Source: an uncultured Pseudomonadota bacterium (GTDB taxonomy: Bacteria > Oederibacteriota > Muellerivitia > Muellerivitales > Muellerivitaceae). From it: a stretch of DNA of 64,000 nt. The notes beneath the pieces were generated by a model. The model was given only the letters and a program-made list of their open reading frames with translations, was not told the DNA's origin and made no database searches. The DNA lies in NCBI GenBank assembly GCA_963770835.1, contig CAVYRH010000005.1, positions 64,001 to 128,000 on the forward strand. Direction: 5' to 3'. Both the position numbers and the translations under genes were made by a program. Of the stretch, positions 18,760 to 28,767 are shown in pieces (the first letter of the stretch is position 1; every line of letters begins with the position of its first letter).

Positions 18760-20424
18760 ATGGCAAACCCACTGAAACCTGTTGAAGATCCGTTTTTGGA
18801 CATCCGTAAGCTCACCCAGGTTCTTTGGCGCCGGCGGGGAATTGTCCAAAGAGTGACGATAGTCTGCCTGTTGCTTTCCACCCTTTACGGCTTTCTGTGG
18901 CCCAAAACCTACCAGACTGTCACCACCGTCAAGGTCCCCGATTCTTCAGCCCAGGCCGGCGCTAACGCACTGCAACAGATGGCTTTTTTGCCCGTTTCCG
19001 GGGATCCAATTGAGACTTCCATGCAGATCGCCATGGCCGACAAAGTGGCGGCGGGGGTCATCCAAAAACTTAATCTTCTTTCCAATCCGGAGTTCAAGAA
19101 AATGGATGAGTCCAAGCTCATTTGGTATCTCCAACACCAGGTCAAGGTCGACAACGTCAAGCGTTCTAATTTGCTTTCGATCGCGGCGCGGGCCAAGTCC
19201 GCCCAACAATCCGCCGACCTGGCTAATGCCTGGGCCCAAAGCTTCATCGAGGTCAACCAGGACCTGAACCAGGAGAGCGAGGAAGCCCGCTATAAGTTCC
19301 TCCATGGTCAGTTGAATTCCATCAGGGAAAAATTGCAGGAAGACCAATCCAACAAGCAAAATTACATGAACCAATCCAACGAGGCCGAGGCGGACCAGAT
19401 GATCTACAAATCCCTCCTGGAACAGGAGCAGGAGAGCCGAATCAGATCCAACAACGAGAACACCGGCATCGTCGTGGTGGATCCGGCCACGGTTCCGGAC
19501 AAAGCGGTTTCGCCCAAGAAGAGTGTCTCGATCATTCTTGGGTTTTTGGTCGGCATTTTCCTAGGCGTCGTGGCGGCCTTTACCCGGGAACGAATGGAGG
19601 ACCGGATTTACGAGGAAGGGGACTTAACCCAGGCCGTAAGGGCTGACCTTTGGGCTTCGATCCCGTTCCTAAAAGACCAAGGTCAGGTGGCTCTCCTTTC
19701 CCAGTCCCGCAAGATAGATCCGGAGTACACTCAAAGCTTTAAGTCCATCAGGGCCCGTTTGTTGCTTGCTAGGCCCGAATCTGGTTCCTTGGCTCTGGGG
19801 ATACTTTCCTCCCGCCGGGCCGAGGGAAGGACCTTGATAGCGGCCCATCTAGGTTTGTGCCTCGCCCAAACGGGCAAGAAGGTTCTGTTGATCGACGCCG
19901 ACCTCGAAAATCCCGGGTTGGGAAAACTCTTCAGGGTGGAAACCGAGGGAGTTCCAGGGATTTCGGGTCTTTTGTCGGGCCAAGCCGGCCTAAAGGAAGC
20001 TGTCAAACCTTCCGGCGCCCCGAATCTCACGCTTTTACCCGCGCCGGCCGGTTCTACGGACTTGTCGGGAGTTTTGAGCCCCGCCGCGCTTAAAAAATGG
20101 GTCGGCGAAGCCAAGTCAAAATTCGATTTCCTCCTCTTTGACGGCGTACCTTTGTTGGTTTCTCCCGATGCGGCGGTTATATGCGCAGCACTCGACGGAG
20201 TCCTATTGACGGCCCGTTGGGGATTCACAGGCCATAAGGATATCCAGGAGACTGTCCGGCGGCTCCAAATCGCCCAGGTTCCATTATGGGGTACGCTCTT
20301 GAACGGTGTTGAAAAAGAACCGGGACCGCTTTGGGATCTTTGGATCTTCCCGGGCCGTAAAGCCGCCGAAACGGGGCATGGAGAATCGGCCAAGTCCAAA
20401 CCTGCCGATCTTCAAACTTCCTAG
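18760..20424 (+). CDS. wzc: Polysaccharide co-polymerase / BY-kinase-like protein (Wzc/GumC)
   Basis: Wzz-type N-terminus with two TM helices, VVDPA..P...VSPK, KKVLLIDADL, G.LLN; Walker A degenerate (EGRT). Confidence 0.85.
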   Translation: MANPLKPVEDPFLDIRKLTQVLWRRRGIVQRVTIVCLLLSTLYGFLWPKTYQTVTTVKVPDSSAQAGANALQQMAFLPVSGDPIETSMQIAMADKVAAGVIQKLNLLSNPEFKKMDESKLIWYLQHQVKVDNVKRSNLLSIAARAKSAQQSADLANAWAQSFIEVNQDLNQESEEARYKFLHGQLNSIREKLQEDQSNKQNYMNQSNEAEADQMIYKSLLEQEQESRIRSNNENTGIVVVDPATVPDKAVSPKKSVSIILGFLVGIFLGVVAAFTRERMEDRIYEEGDLTQAVRADLWASIPFLKDQGQVALLSQSRKIDPEYTQSFKSIRARLLLARPESGSLALGILSSRRAEGRTLIAAHLGLCLAQTGKKVLLIDADLENPGLGKLFRVETEGVPGISGLLSGQAGLKEAVKPSGAPNLTLLPAPAGSTDLSGVLSPAALKKWVGEAKSKFDFLLFDGVPLLVSPDAAVICAALDGVLLTARWGFTGHKDIQETVRRLQIAQVPLWGTLLNGVEKEPGPLWDLWIFPGRKAAETGHGESAKSKPADLQTS

Positions 20425-20454
20425 ACAGCGCGAGGAAAGCGGACCCATTCCATC

Positions 20455-21765
20455 ATGTCGGATCCAACCTCTCTTTCCCTCAAAAGCCGCCTCTTCGAGA
20501 AATTCAGGGGTCGCCCACATCTTTTCAATAAGGCCGCCATCATGGTGGGTGCCCGGGCTTTGGGGCTCGTCTTCGCGGCCTTGGGTTCGGTTTGGGCCGC
20601 CCGGTGCCTCGGAACCCGAAACTTTGGGATCTCGGGTATGGTGCAAAGCTTGGCCCTTTTTTCAGGCGCCTTCCTGGCCGTTATTTATCCCCCAGTCCTG
20701 GTGCGCGATTACAAGAACCTGGCGAACGATGGGCAGAGGAACCGGTTGATCCAAGTCACCAATAGCTACCGGCTGGCGGTGGCAATCGTTTTTTGCTCCA
20801 TGGCTGCTGGGGTCCTGGCCTTCCGGTTGGAGCCGCCTTCCTTCCATTTCGCTGGGTGGTTCTTCCTTCCCATCCTTTTTCTGACCGCCCTCCAACCCAC
20901 CTGGATCTTCCAGGCGGCGGAGAAGCAACAGTTCCAATCCATGCTGGCGGTTTTACAACCGGCCCTGGTGGCCCTTTATTACGCCCTGGTAATCCGGCCG
21001 GGGATGTCGGCGGGATGGGACCTGCTCGGCATCACCTTGGTCACGGCCGCCGTGACCTTCGTCTACTGGAGGGCTGTTTTCAAGCTGACGCCCTTTCAAG
21101 GGCGTTTTTTCGTTTGGGACGGCTGGCGGGAAATATGGGAACTCATGGTGAAGTCCCGCTGGCTTTTCCTCTTCTTCCTGTGTACCTATGTCTACAACAA
21201 CCTGGACCAGCCCCTTTTGGGGTGGTTCTCCTCCCTGGAAGAATTAGGCAAATACCGCACGGCGGTGCGGGTAACCGACGCAGCTCAGGGTTTCCTCACC
21301 ATCCTGCCGAGCATCTTTTTCCCGAGGTTCATTGAGTGGCGTAAAAGGGGCGAGGAGTTTTTCTGGGGGCGGCAAACCAAGCTCCTTGCCGGAGGCGCGC
21401 TCTTGGGCGCAGCTACGGCGGCCCTAGGATTCCTGGTGATACCCCTGGCCTATACCCCCATTTTCACAGCCGTTTACGCCCAGGCCGCATTCCCATGCGC
21501 CATCCTGGTGTCGGCTAAGATCATGGATTGCCTGGGGCAGGTCTATTCCTTAGGTCTCATGACGGACCACGCCTATGACAAGAAGGTCCTGGCGGCGGGG
21601 ATTATCACCGCAGTCGTCTCCCTGGGGTCGAACCTCATCTTTATCCCCCGGTTCGGCATGACGACCGCAGCCTGCGTCAACCTCCTCTCCGAAACGCTGA
21701 TGCTGGCTCTTTGCTTCGGATTGTCCTGGCGGCGCATCGAACAAATCCGGCGAAAGAATGCATGA
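20455..21765 (+). CDS. wzx: Wzx-type oligosaccharide flippase
   Basis: Multi-TM; AR.LG...FG, W.FQ..EK, D..LLG.F....ELG.Y..A, N..FIPRFG...AA. Confidence 0.85.
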   Translation: MSDPTSLSLKSRLFEKFRGRPHLFNKAAIMVGARALGLVFAALGSVWAARCLGTRNFGISGMVQSLALFSGAFLAVIYPPVLVRDYKNLANDGQRNRLIQVTNSYRLAVAIVFCSMAAGVLAFRLEPPSFHFAGWFFLPILFLTALQPTWIFQAAEKQQFQSMLAVLQPALVALYYALVIRPGMSAGWDLLGITLVTAAVTFVYWRAVFKLTPFQGRFFVWDGWREIWELMVKSRWLFLFFLCTYVYNNLDQPLLGWFSSLEELGKYRTAVRVTDAAQGFLTILPSIFFPRFIEWRKRGEEFFWGRQTKLLAGGALLGAATAALGFLVIPLAYTPIFTAVYAQAAFPCAILVSAKIMDCLGQVYSLGLMTDHAYDKKVLAAGIITAVVSLGSNLIFIPRFGMTTAACVNLLSETLMLALCFGLSWRRIEQIRRKNA

Positions 21766-22729
21766 ATTGAAAACAAGAAAATTTCCCCAAAAAAAGGCGC
21801 CTTTCTTTTCCGTTATCATCCCTGTCTACAACAAAAAGGACTATATCCGCCGGTCCGCCGGTTCGGTCCTGAAGCAGAGTTTTGGAGATTTTGAACTCAT
21901 CGTGGTGGACGACGGCTCCAAGGACGGGAGCTCCGCCGCCGTCCGGTCCCTCAAGGACAGGCGGATAAGCTTGATTGTCCAAAAAAATGCTGGAGTTTCG
22001 GCTGCCAGAAACCGGGGTGTTCAAGCCGCCCGGGGAAAATACATAGCTTTTCTGGACGCGGACGATGATTGGGACCCGGACTACCTGGCGGCCGTAAAAG
22101 GGTTGATTGACGAATTTCCGGGAGCGGGCCTTTATTGCACCAATTACCGGATCGACTTCGGCCATGAGCAGAAGGAAAACCCGGTCCGGCTTCCTCGGGG
22201 ATGGCGGGGGAGGCTGAAGGATTTTTACGAGCTGAGCTACCAGGGCCGCCCCCCCTTCTCCACCAACACAATCTGCATTCCCTCAGGCCTAGCCAAGTCC
22301 ATCCCTTTTCCCCCCGGCATTAAGGCGGGGGAGGACCTGCTGGTCTGGTTCAAGGCTTCCTTAGGGCGCGACATGGCTTATTGGAACAAGCCCCTTTCCA
22401 CCTATTACGTCGCCATAACCGACAATACCCATGCCACCTATTTCGGCTCCCAATACCACCTGGACTGGCTGGAAGTGGGGGAACAAGCGAGGAAAGAGGG
22501 CCTCCTTTCCGAGGCTGCTCGAAAATACGTGGTCTGGGCCACCTTGATCCAAATTCGAAAAATGATCGCCAACGGTTACCGGGTGCAAGCCCTGGCTAAA
22601 TGGTGGCATTGTCCCAAAAACTATTTTCCCCTTTACCAAGCCGTCCTCCTAGCGATGATGGTTCTCCCCGCCGGCGCTCCCAAGAAACTGCGGGGGCTTT
22701 TCAGTCGCCGCAAAAAAGAGAGGAATTAA
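21758..22729 (+). CDS. Glycosyltransferase family 2
   Basis: SVIIPVYN, IVVDDGSKD, NAGVSAARN.G, AFLDADD. Confidence 0.95.
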   Translation: MHELKTRKFPQKKAPFFSVIIPVYNKKDYIRRSAGSVLKQSFGDFELIVVDDGSKDGSSAAVRSLKDRRISLIVQKNAGVSAARNRGVQAARGKYIAFLDADDDWDPDYLAAVKGLIDEFPGAGLYCTNYRIDFGHEQKENPVRLPRGWRGRLKDFYELSYQGRPPFSTNTICIPSGLAKSIPFPPGIKAGEDLLVWFKASLGRDMAYWNKPLSTYYVAITDNTHATYFGSQYHLDWLEVGEQARKEGLLSEAARKYVVWATLIQIRKMIANGYRVQALAKWWHCPKNYFPLYQAVLLAMMVLPAGAPKKLRGLFSRRKKERN

Positions 22730-22733
22730 CCCC

Positions 22734-23696
22734 ATGGCCAAGAAACCTTACTTCTTTTCCATTGTGCTTCCTTTCCGCCCGCCCAAGGACCGCTTCCACC
22801 GATCCCTGGATTCGGTTTTGGAGCAATCGGAAGGGGATTGGGAACTGATCGTGGTGGAGGAGGGGAAGGGCGGGAGCCTGAAGCTGCCAAAGGAAAAGCG
22901 AATCCGCCGAGTTCCCTCCTTGGGAAGCGGCCTTTCCACAGCCCGAAACACCGGGGTAGCGACAGCCCGGGGCAAATATGTAGCTTTCCTGGACAGCGGC
23001 GATGTCTGGGAACCGGGTTATCTTTCCACGCTCCGGAGCCTGATCCGCGATTTTCCAGGGGCCGGACTTTATGGCACCAACTACTGGATCAACGACGGAA
23101 AGGAAGAATGGGAGAATTCCCTGAGGCTCTCCCGGGGCTGGAGGGGCCGCAAGAGGTACTTCTTTGACTGGATGTATTACGGCCGGCCGCCCTTTTGCGC
23201 CAGTTCGGTGGCTCTTCCCTTAAGCATCGCCCGCCAAAACCCCTTTGTCACCGGCCTTAAGGCGGGGGAAGACATCCTGGTCTGGTTCCACGTGGCCTTG
23301 AAACACGAAACGGCTTACTTGAAGGAAGCTCTGGCGACCTATGACCTGGGCAAGCCGGAAGGGAAGGGCGTTTATTTCGGCCCCTTAAACCACTTCGACT
23401 GGCTTTCGTTGGGAAAGAGGCTGAAAAAAGCGGGTCGACTTTCCGCAGAAGCGGAGAAATTCACCGTTTGGGCGACCCTCATCCAGGTACGAAAGATGAT
23501 CGCCAACGGCTGGAGGGAGGAAGCCCTGACCCTCTTCAAGCGCTGCCCCAAAACCCGGTTCCCGATTTATACGGCCTATCTCATGGGCTTGGCCTATTTT
23601 CCACAATCCCTTTGGAAAATCCTGCAGCCCGGCGTAAAATCCGCGCGGTGGTTCTTGACCGGTGGGTTTTTTGGAAGCCGGAGCATCAAGGAATAG
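22734..23696 (+). CDS. Glycosyltransferase family 2, tandem paralog with degenerate motifs
   Basis: Colinear with the previous ORF (GLSTARNTG, ARGKYVAFLDSGD, AGED.LVWF, VWATLIQ.RKMIANG). Confidence 0.85.
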   Translation: MAKKPYFFSIVLPFRPPKDRFHRSLDSVLEQSEGDWELIVVEEGKGGSLKLPKEKRIRRVPSLGSGLSTARNTGVATARGKYVAFLDSGDVWEPGYLSTLRSLIRDFPGAGLYGTNYWINDGKEEWENSLRLSRGWRGRKRYFFDWMYYGRPPFCASSVALPLSIARQNPFVTGLKAGEDILVWFHVALKHETAYLKEALATYDLGKPEGKGVYFGPLNHFDWLSLGKRLKKAGRLSAEAEKFTVWATLIQVRKMIANGWREEALTLFKRCPKTRFPIYTAYLMGLAYFPQSLWKILQPGVKSARWFLTGGFFGSRSIKE

Positions 23697-23700
23697 AAAA

Positions 23701-24984
23701 ATGGTTTCCGTAAAAAAATTGGGATCGGCCCTGATCCTGCTCCTGGGGTTCAACACCTTCCTGGACACCTTTTTTTCCTTCGAACGCGGGAACTTCACGG
23801 TGCGCTTGGCGCCCTACGCCTTCAAGAGCCTGCAGGTGGCCCTCATGCTGGCCATCGTCCTTTACTTCCTGGGCCAGAGAGTGCGACGCATCCAGATTGA
23901 CCCCCTGTTCTGGCTTCTACTCCTCCTCATCGGCGACATGACGGTTTCCATCTTCTACGCCGACGACGTGGTCAACCCCACGGACCTGGCCCGCATGATT
24001 TTTTGGGTCCTGGCTGGCCTGGCCGTCTATTTCCTGCGTCAAGCCGACTGCCTGGATGAGAAACTCCTGTACCGTATGGTGATCTTCAACTTTGCCTGGG
24101 TCTGCTTCCGAATATTGGCCTACAAAATGCTCCATATTTGGATCGGCGCCCAAGTCTTGGACGACGAGACTGGGGGGTTTGACAATGACGGGGTCATCAA
24201 CAACCTCGGATACAGCTTGGTCTGGCTGGTTCCGCTTTACCTTGCTTTTGAGTCCAAATACCGGTTCCCGGTGTTGCTTACGGTTTTCTTTTCAATGGTA
24301 GCCGCCTTCAAGCGGGGAGCGCTCATGGGCCTCATCCTGGGGTTCCTGGCCTATTACATCCTGAACCGGCGGGTGCCCAACCCGGACAAGGGCAGCTTGG
24401 TCCGCGATCTATTCCGGGCCTGTCTGGTCCTGGCCATGGCGGGCGGCGCCTTCCTTCTCTTCAAGGATCATATCCTGGCCCGCATGGACGATATCGGGGG
24501 GGACAAGTCCCTGGGATCGGGGCGTGGGATCTTCTACCAGATTGTGCTGGATCACTGGGAGGGCTTCATCGGGGTTAAGAAATTCATCGGCGCGGGGTTC
24601 TTCCAGGTCATGCCCATGCTGGGGCTTTACTACGAGAACGCTATCCCCGCCCACAGCGACTGGCTGGAAACCCTCTACGACCAGGGTATCCTGGGGGTCG
24701 GCCTGCTGGCCTTGATCCACCTCTGGCTGATTGTCCGCATCCTTCAGGCCGTTCGCAGCCGGGCTGCCTGGGGACCCCAATTCGCTTATTCTTATGCCAT
24801 CTTCTTCTTGGCCAGCGTCTACTCGATCACGCTTTATACCTTCGACACCACATGGTTCGGCATTTCGATCGGTTATTACCTGGGAACCGGCGTTTTGGAA
24901 AAGAGGCGGCTCGCGGAAACCGCCGGGGCCGAGGGTGAAGAAATCCCCCTGGCCGATCCTGGCCTTATTCCCCGGACTCCATGA
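23701..24984 (+). CDS. O-antigen ligase/Wzy polymerase family membrane protein
   Basis: Multi-TM; KRGA, SGR..FY, IGAG, AHSDWLE.LYDQGILG (Wzy_C-like). Confidence 0.8.
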   Translation: MVSVKKLGSALILLLGFNTFLDTFFSFERGNFTVRLAPYAFKSLQVALMLAIVLYFLGQRVRRIQIDPLFWLLLLLIGDMTVSIFYADDVVNPTDLARMIFWVLAGLAVYFLRQADCLDEKLLYRMVIFNFAWVCFRILAYKMLHIWIGAQVLDDETGGFDNDGVINNLGYSLVWLVPLYLAFESKYRFPVLLTVFFSMVAAFKRGALMGLILGFLAYYILNRRVPNPDKGSLVRDLFRACLVLAMAGGAFLLFKDHILARMDDIGGDKSLGSGRGIFYQIVLDHWEGFIGVKKFIGAGFFQVMPMLGLYYENAIPAHSDWLETLYDQGILGVGLLALIHLWLIVRILQAVRSRAAWGPQFAYSYAIFFLASVYSITLYTFDTTWFGISIGYYLGTGVLEKRRLAETAGAEGEEIPLADPGLIPRTP

Positions 24985-26267
24985 CCTCCAACCCTCCGCG
25001 CCACATCCTCATCTTCGAGGCCTATACCGACGCCAATATCGGTTCGGGAGCGCTGGTGGAAAACACCGTCAAGCTCCTCAAGGCCAAGTATCCGGGTTGT
25101 GAAATCAAGATCATGGCCCATTACCCGGAGGCCTTCCATTACGAGGGCGTTGAATCCGTACCCGACGCTTATGACTACCCTTATCTTCAATCCCGGTTCT
25201 ACCAGATTTTCTGGCTGGCTGGGACCCTGACCTGGCTTACCTTCGCCTTCCTGCAGGCCTTCCTTTTTAAGTCCAATCCTTTCCTTTTCTTCAAGAGAAA
25301 GACCAAATATTTCCAGTGGGCGGACCTAGCCCTGAGCGTGGGGGCCGAGCGCCTCAATGACAAGTTCGTTAACATCCAGTTCTTTTCCGCTTTGAGCCTG
25401 CTGCTCCTGAAAGCGATGGGGAAGAAGGTGGTTTTTTTTCCCTCCACCATCGGCCCTTTCTTCTACGCACCAACCCGCGCCCTTTCCTCCCGGGCGCTGA
25501 AGGGGTTGGACCTGGTCTATACCCGCGACCGGCAATCCACCCAGACCTGCTTGGACGTCCTCAAGCTCGACCCGGCCAAGGTTATTGAGACCTCGGACGT
25601 TGCGGTTTTGCAGGAGCAAGAAGGTGAGGAGAAGTCTTGGGAACTACTTTCCTCTTTCCGTGGGAAACCCCTGGCACTTGGGACTCCCGTAGTGGGAATG
25701 AGCGCGCTCAAGTGGACCTATCGGGCGAACAAAGTTGAGACGGCTTACAGCAACTACGAATCCTACCTGAGGGAAATGGCCAAAATGGCCGATGGGGTCG
25801 TGGAGCGCACCGGCGCCCAGATCGCCTTTTTTCCCACCAATTACCACGTGCACGGATGCCGGGAAGACGACGTGGCGGTCTGCCGGGAAGTGATGGAAAA
25901 GATGGAGCGGAAGGAATCGGCCTTCGTCATTGACCGGCTGACCAGCCCCTCTGAGTTCAAGGGGCTCCTAGCCTGTTCGCGGGTGAACATTGTCACGCGC
26001 ATGCACGCCTGCATCCTTTCCACGGGAGCGGGTATTCCCACCCTTTCAGTTAACTACCTCTTCAAGCTCAAGGAATACATGGAGTCCCTGGGCCTTGCCG
26101 AATTCGCGGTAGACATCGAGGAATTCCACGCCGAAGCCCTGATTGCCCCCTTCGAGAAGATGTGGAAGGAAAGGGACCACTGGGCCGGGCAGATCCGAAA
26201 GGCCATTGATTTGAAAAAAGAGTCCCTTGCCCAGGCCCTTGCGCGGATGGATTCGTTCCTACAATAA
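24981..26267 (+). CDS. Polysaccharide pyruvyl transferase family (WcaK-like)
   Basis: N.GS.AL, STIGPF, TRD..S, D.A, TRMHACI.S...G.P...V.Y..K. Confidence 0.85.
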   Translation: MTSNPPRHILIFEAYTDANIGSGALVENTVKLLKAKYPGCEIKIMAHYPEAFHYEGVESVPDAYDYPYLQSRFYQIFWLAGTLTWLTFAFLQAFLFKSNPFLFFKRKTKYFQWADLALSVGAERLNDKFVNIQFFSALSLLLLKAMGKKVVFFPSTIGPFFYAPTRALSSRALKGLDLVYTRDRQSTQTCLDVLKLDPAKVIETSDVAVLQEQEGEEKSWELLSSFRGKPLALGTPVVGMSALKWTYRANKVETAYSNYESYLREMAKMADGVVERTGAQIAFFPTNYHVHGCREDDVAVCREVMEKMERKESAFVIDRLTSPSEFKGLLACSRVNIVTRMHACILSTGAGIPTLSVNYLFKLKEYMESLGLAEFAVDIEEFHAEALIAPFEKMWKERDHWAGQIRKAIDLKKESLAQALARMDSFLQ

Positions 26268-26440
26268 CGTCCTGAAAATGATCACGGACCGGTTCTCCTG
26301 AGTAATGCGTGTTCTTTTTAACCCGCCTCTAACCTGGAACTCCCCCAATTTATTTGATTCCAAGGCAGGTTCCGGTTAAAACAGTGCACCTTGACCCGAC
26401 CCTTAAGCCCACCGGTCAACCCGGCTGCAGGAAAAGACAA

Positions 26441-27559
26441 ATGAAGATCGCGCATGTCATCTTAAAAACCCTCCCATTTGGCGGTGGCATCGAGAAATAC
26501 ATCGATGAGATAGGGCCCCGTTTGGTGAAGATGGGCCATGAGGTTGTGGTTTACACCATGCGCCATTACGGGACGCCCCCGGCGGACTATAAAGGCATGC
26601 ACATCAAGACCCTCTCCGCCCTCCCCACCAAAACCGGCGAAAAAATCACTTCCTCCCTCCTGGCGACCTTGGACGTATGCCTCAAGGAGAGGCCCGACGT
26701 GGGGCATTTCCATTCCTTCACCCAGCAGGCCACTTTCCTGCCAAAGTGGTTCGGCATCCCGGTCCTAGTCCAGGGCCACGGGTTGGAATGGAAAAGGTCC
26801 CGGTGGAGCCCGGCGGGGAAGGCCTTCCTTAAATTCAGCGAGTGGATCATGGTGCATTCGGCCGACCGCTTGAGTGTGGTCTCCCGGGTCCAGCAGGCCT
26901 ACCTGAAGGAAAAATACGGGAAAGAAAGCGTCTATATCCCGACCGGCATCAATCCTCCGAACTGCCAGGAGCCCTCCGAAATCACCCGCTTGTGGGGCTT
27001 GAAGGGAAAGGACTATTTCCTCTCCGCCGGGCGGCTGGTCCCGGAAAAGGGCCTCCATACGCTGATTGAGGCCTACCAGGGTTTGGGAAAGACGGATATA
27101 AAGCTCGTCATCGCGGGAGACGCCGGTCACGAAAAGAAATACTTTGAGCGACTCCGGGCCCTCTCCCAGGGGAACTCCCAAATCCTTTTCACCGGTTACG
27201 TGACAGGCCAGCCCTACGCGGAACTCATGTCCAACGCCTATGCCTTCGTGCTGCCCTCGGAACTGGAAGGCCTGCCCACGGTACTGTTGGAGGCTATGAG
27301 CTACGGCAACTGCTGCCTGGCCAGCGATATCGCCGAAAACCTGGAGGCCCTGGGGGGGAAGGGGCGGACTTTCAGAGTGGGGGAAGCGGAGGACTTGAAG
27401 GAAAAGCTGGGGGAACTTGCGGGCAACTTTTCGGAAGTGGATCGACTGAGGGCCCTGGCGCCCAAGGGGCTCCTGGAATCCTTCCATTGGGATAAAATCG
27501 CCGGGCAGTTCAACCATCTTTACTCGGAAATGGCCCAGGGAAAGAAGCCGGCGGTATGA
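26441..27559 (+). CDS. Glycosyltransferase family 4
   Basis: GGIEKY, HGLEWKRSRW, GRLVPEKG, PSELEGLP.VLLEAMSYG...LASDI. Confidence 0.95.
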   Translation: MKIAHVILKTLPFGGGIEKYIDEIGPRLVKMGHEVVVYTMRHYGTPPADYKGMHIKTLSALPTKTGEKITSSLLATLDVCLKERPDVGHFHSFTQQATFLPKWFGIPVLVQGHGLEWKRSRWSPAGKAFLKFSEWIMVHSADRLSVVSRVQQAYLKEKYGKESVYIPTGINPPNCQEPSEITRLWGLKGKDYFLSAGRLVPEKGLHTLIEAYQGLGKTDIKLVIAGDAGHEKKYFERLRALSQGNSQILFTGYVTGQPYAELMSNAYAFVLPSELEGLPTVLLEAMSYGNCCLASDIAENLEALGGKGRTFRVGEAEDLKEKLGELAGNFSEVDRLRALAPKGLLESFHWDKIAGQFNHLYSEMAQGKKPAV

Positions 27560-28767
27560 GAATCCTCTACGCAAACAAATATTATTACCTAAAGGGCGGC
27601 TGCGAACGGGTGCTTTTCACCGAGATGGAGCTGATGAAATCCCGGGGGCATGAAGTCGCTATTTTTGCATCGCAGCACCCCCAGAACCAGCCTTCGGAAT
27701 TCGCTGAGCACTTCTCAGAGGAAGAGAACTACTTCAAGGCCTCCCTGGCCCACAAAGCCAAGGCCGCGGTCAAGATCATCTATTCCATGGAAACCCTCCG
27801 CAAGTTCGGCGAGGTCATCGACGCCTTCAAGCCCGACCTCATCCACGCCCACAACGTTTATGCCCAGCTTTCCACCGCGGTGCTGGACGCGGCCAAGAAA
27901 AAGGGTGTGCCGACGGTCCTGACAGCCCACGACTACAAACTGGTCTGCCCTTCCTACATGATGCTAGACCACGGGAAGATCTGCGAGAAATGCATCGACG
28001 GGAATTACCTGCATTGCTTCCTGACGGGCTGTCACAAGGAAAACCGCGTGGCCTCGGCTGTCTATACGGCGGAGAGCTACTTCAACGCCTGGCTCGGGAA
28101 ATACGACTCGGTTAAAAAGTTCATCTGTCCCAGCGCCTTCATCCAGTCCAAGCTCTCCCACCGGTTCGTCGAAGGCCGGTTGACGGTCTTGAACAACCCG
28201 GCGGACCTTACCGCCTACCAGCCGAAATTCGAGGACGGCGGCTATTACCTTTTTACCGGGCGCCTGTCGAAGGAAAAGGGGGTTTTTACCCTCATAACGG
28301 CCTTCAAGGACCTGGGGCTTCCACTCAAGATTGCGGGTACCGGCCCCCTCGAGGCGGAATGCCGCAAGATGGCCGAGGGTACCGCGAATATCCAGCTGAT
28401 GGGTTACCAGACAGGCAAGAACCTGGAAGCCCTCTACCAGGGCGCCCGCGCCTGCGTGGTGCCTTCCGAATGGTACGAGAACGCGCCCCTGGCGGTCATT
28501 GAGCCCTTGGGCTACGCCAAGCCGGTCGTTGCGGCCCGGATCGGGGGTATTCCCGAACTGATGCGGGACGGGGAAAGTGGATACCTCTTTACCCCCTTTG
28601 ACCCAGAGGATCTCAAGGCTAAGGTGAAACTGATGCAGGGGCTTTCCCCCTCCGATTACGCCACCCTTTGCCGCAAGGCCCGCGAGTGGGCCGTGAACCA
28701 GTTTTCCCTGGAGCGGCATTATGACGGCCTGATGAAAATTTATCAGGAAGCCCTGGTGACGAAATGA
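27556..28767 (+). CDS. Glycosyltransferase family 4
   Basis: KYYY.KGG.E, HDYKLVCP, GRLSKEKG, PSEWYENAP...IE....KPVV..RIGGIPE. Confidence 0.95.
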   Translation: MRILYANKYYYLKGGCERVLFTEMELMKSRGHEVAIFASQHPQNQPSEFAEHFSEEENYFKASLAHKAKAAVKIIYSMETLRKFGEVIDAFKPDLIHAHNVYAQLSTAVLDAAKKKGVPTVLTAHDYKLVCPSYMMLDHGKICEKCIDGNYLHCFLTGCHKENRVASAVYTAESYFNAWLGKYDSVKKFICPSAFIQSKLSHRFVEGRLTVLNNPADLTAYQPKFEDGGYYLFTGRLSKEKGVFTLITAFKDLGLPLKIAGTGPLEAECRKMAEGTANIQLMGYQTGKNLEALYQGARACVVPSEWYENAPLAVIEPLGYAKPVVAARIGGIPELMRDGESGYLFTPFDPEDLKAKVKLMQGLSPSDYATLCRKAREWAVNQFSLERHYDGLMKIYQEALVTK

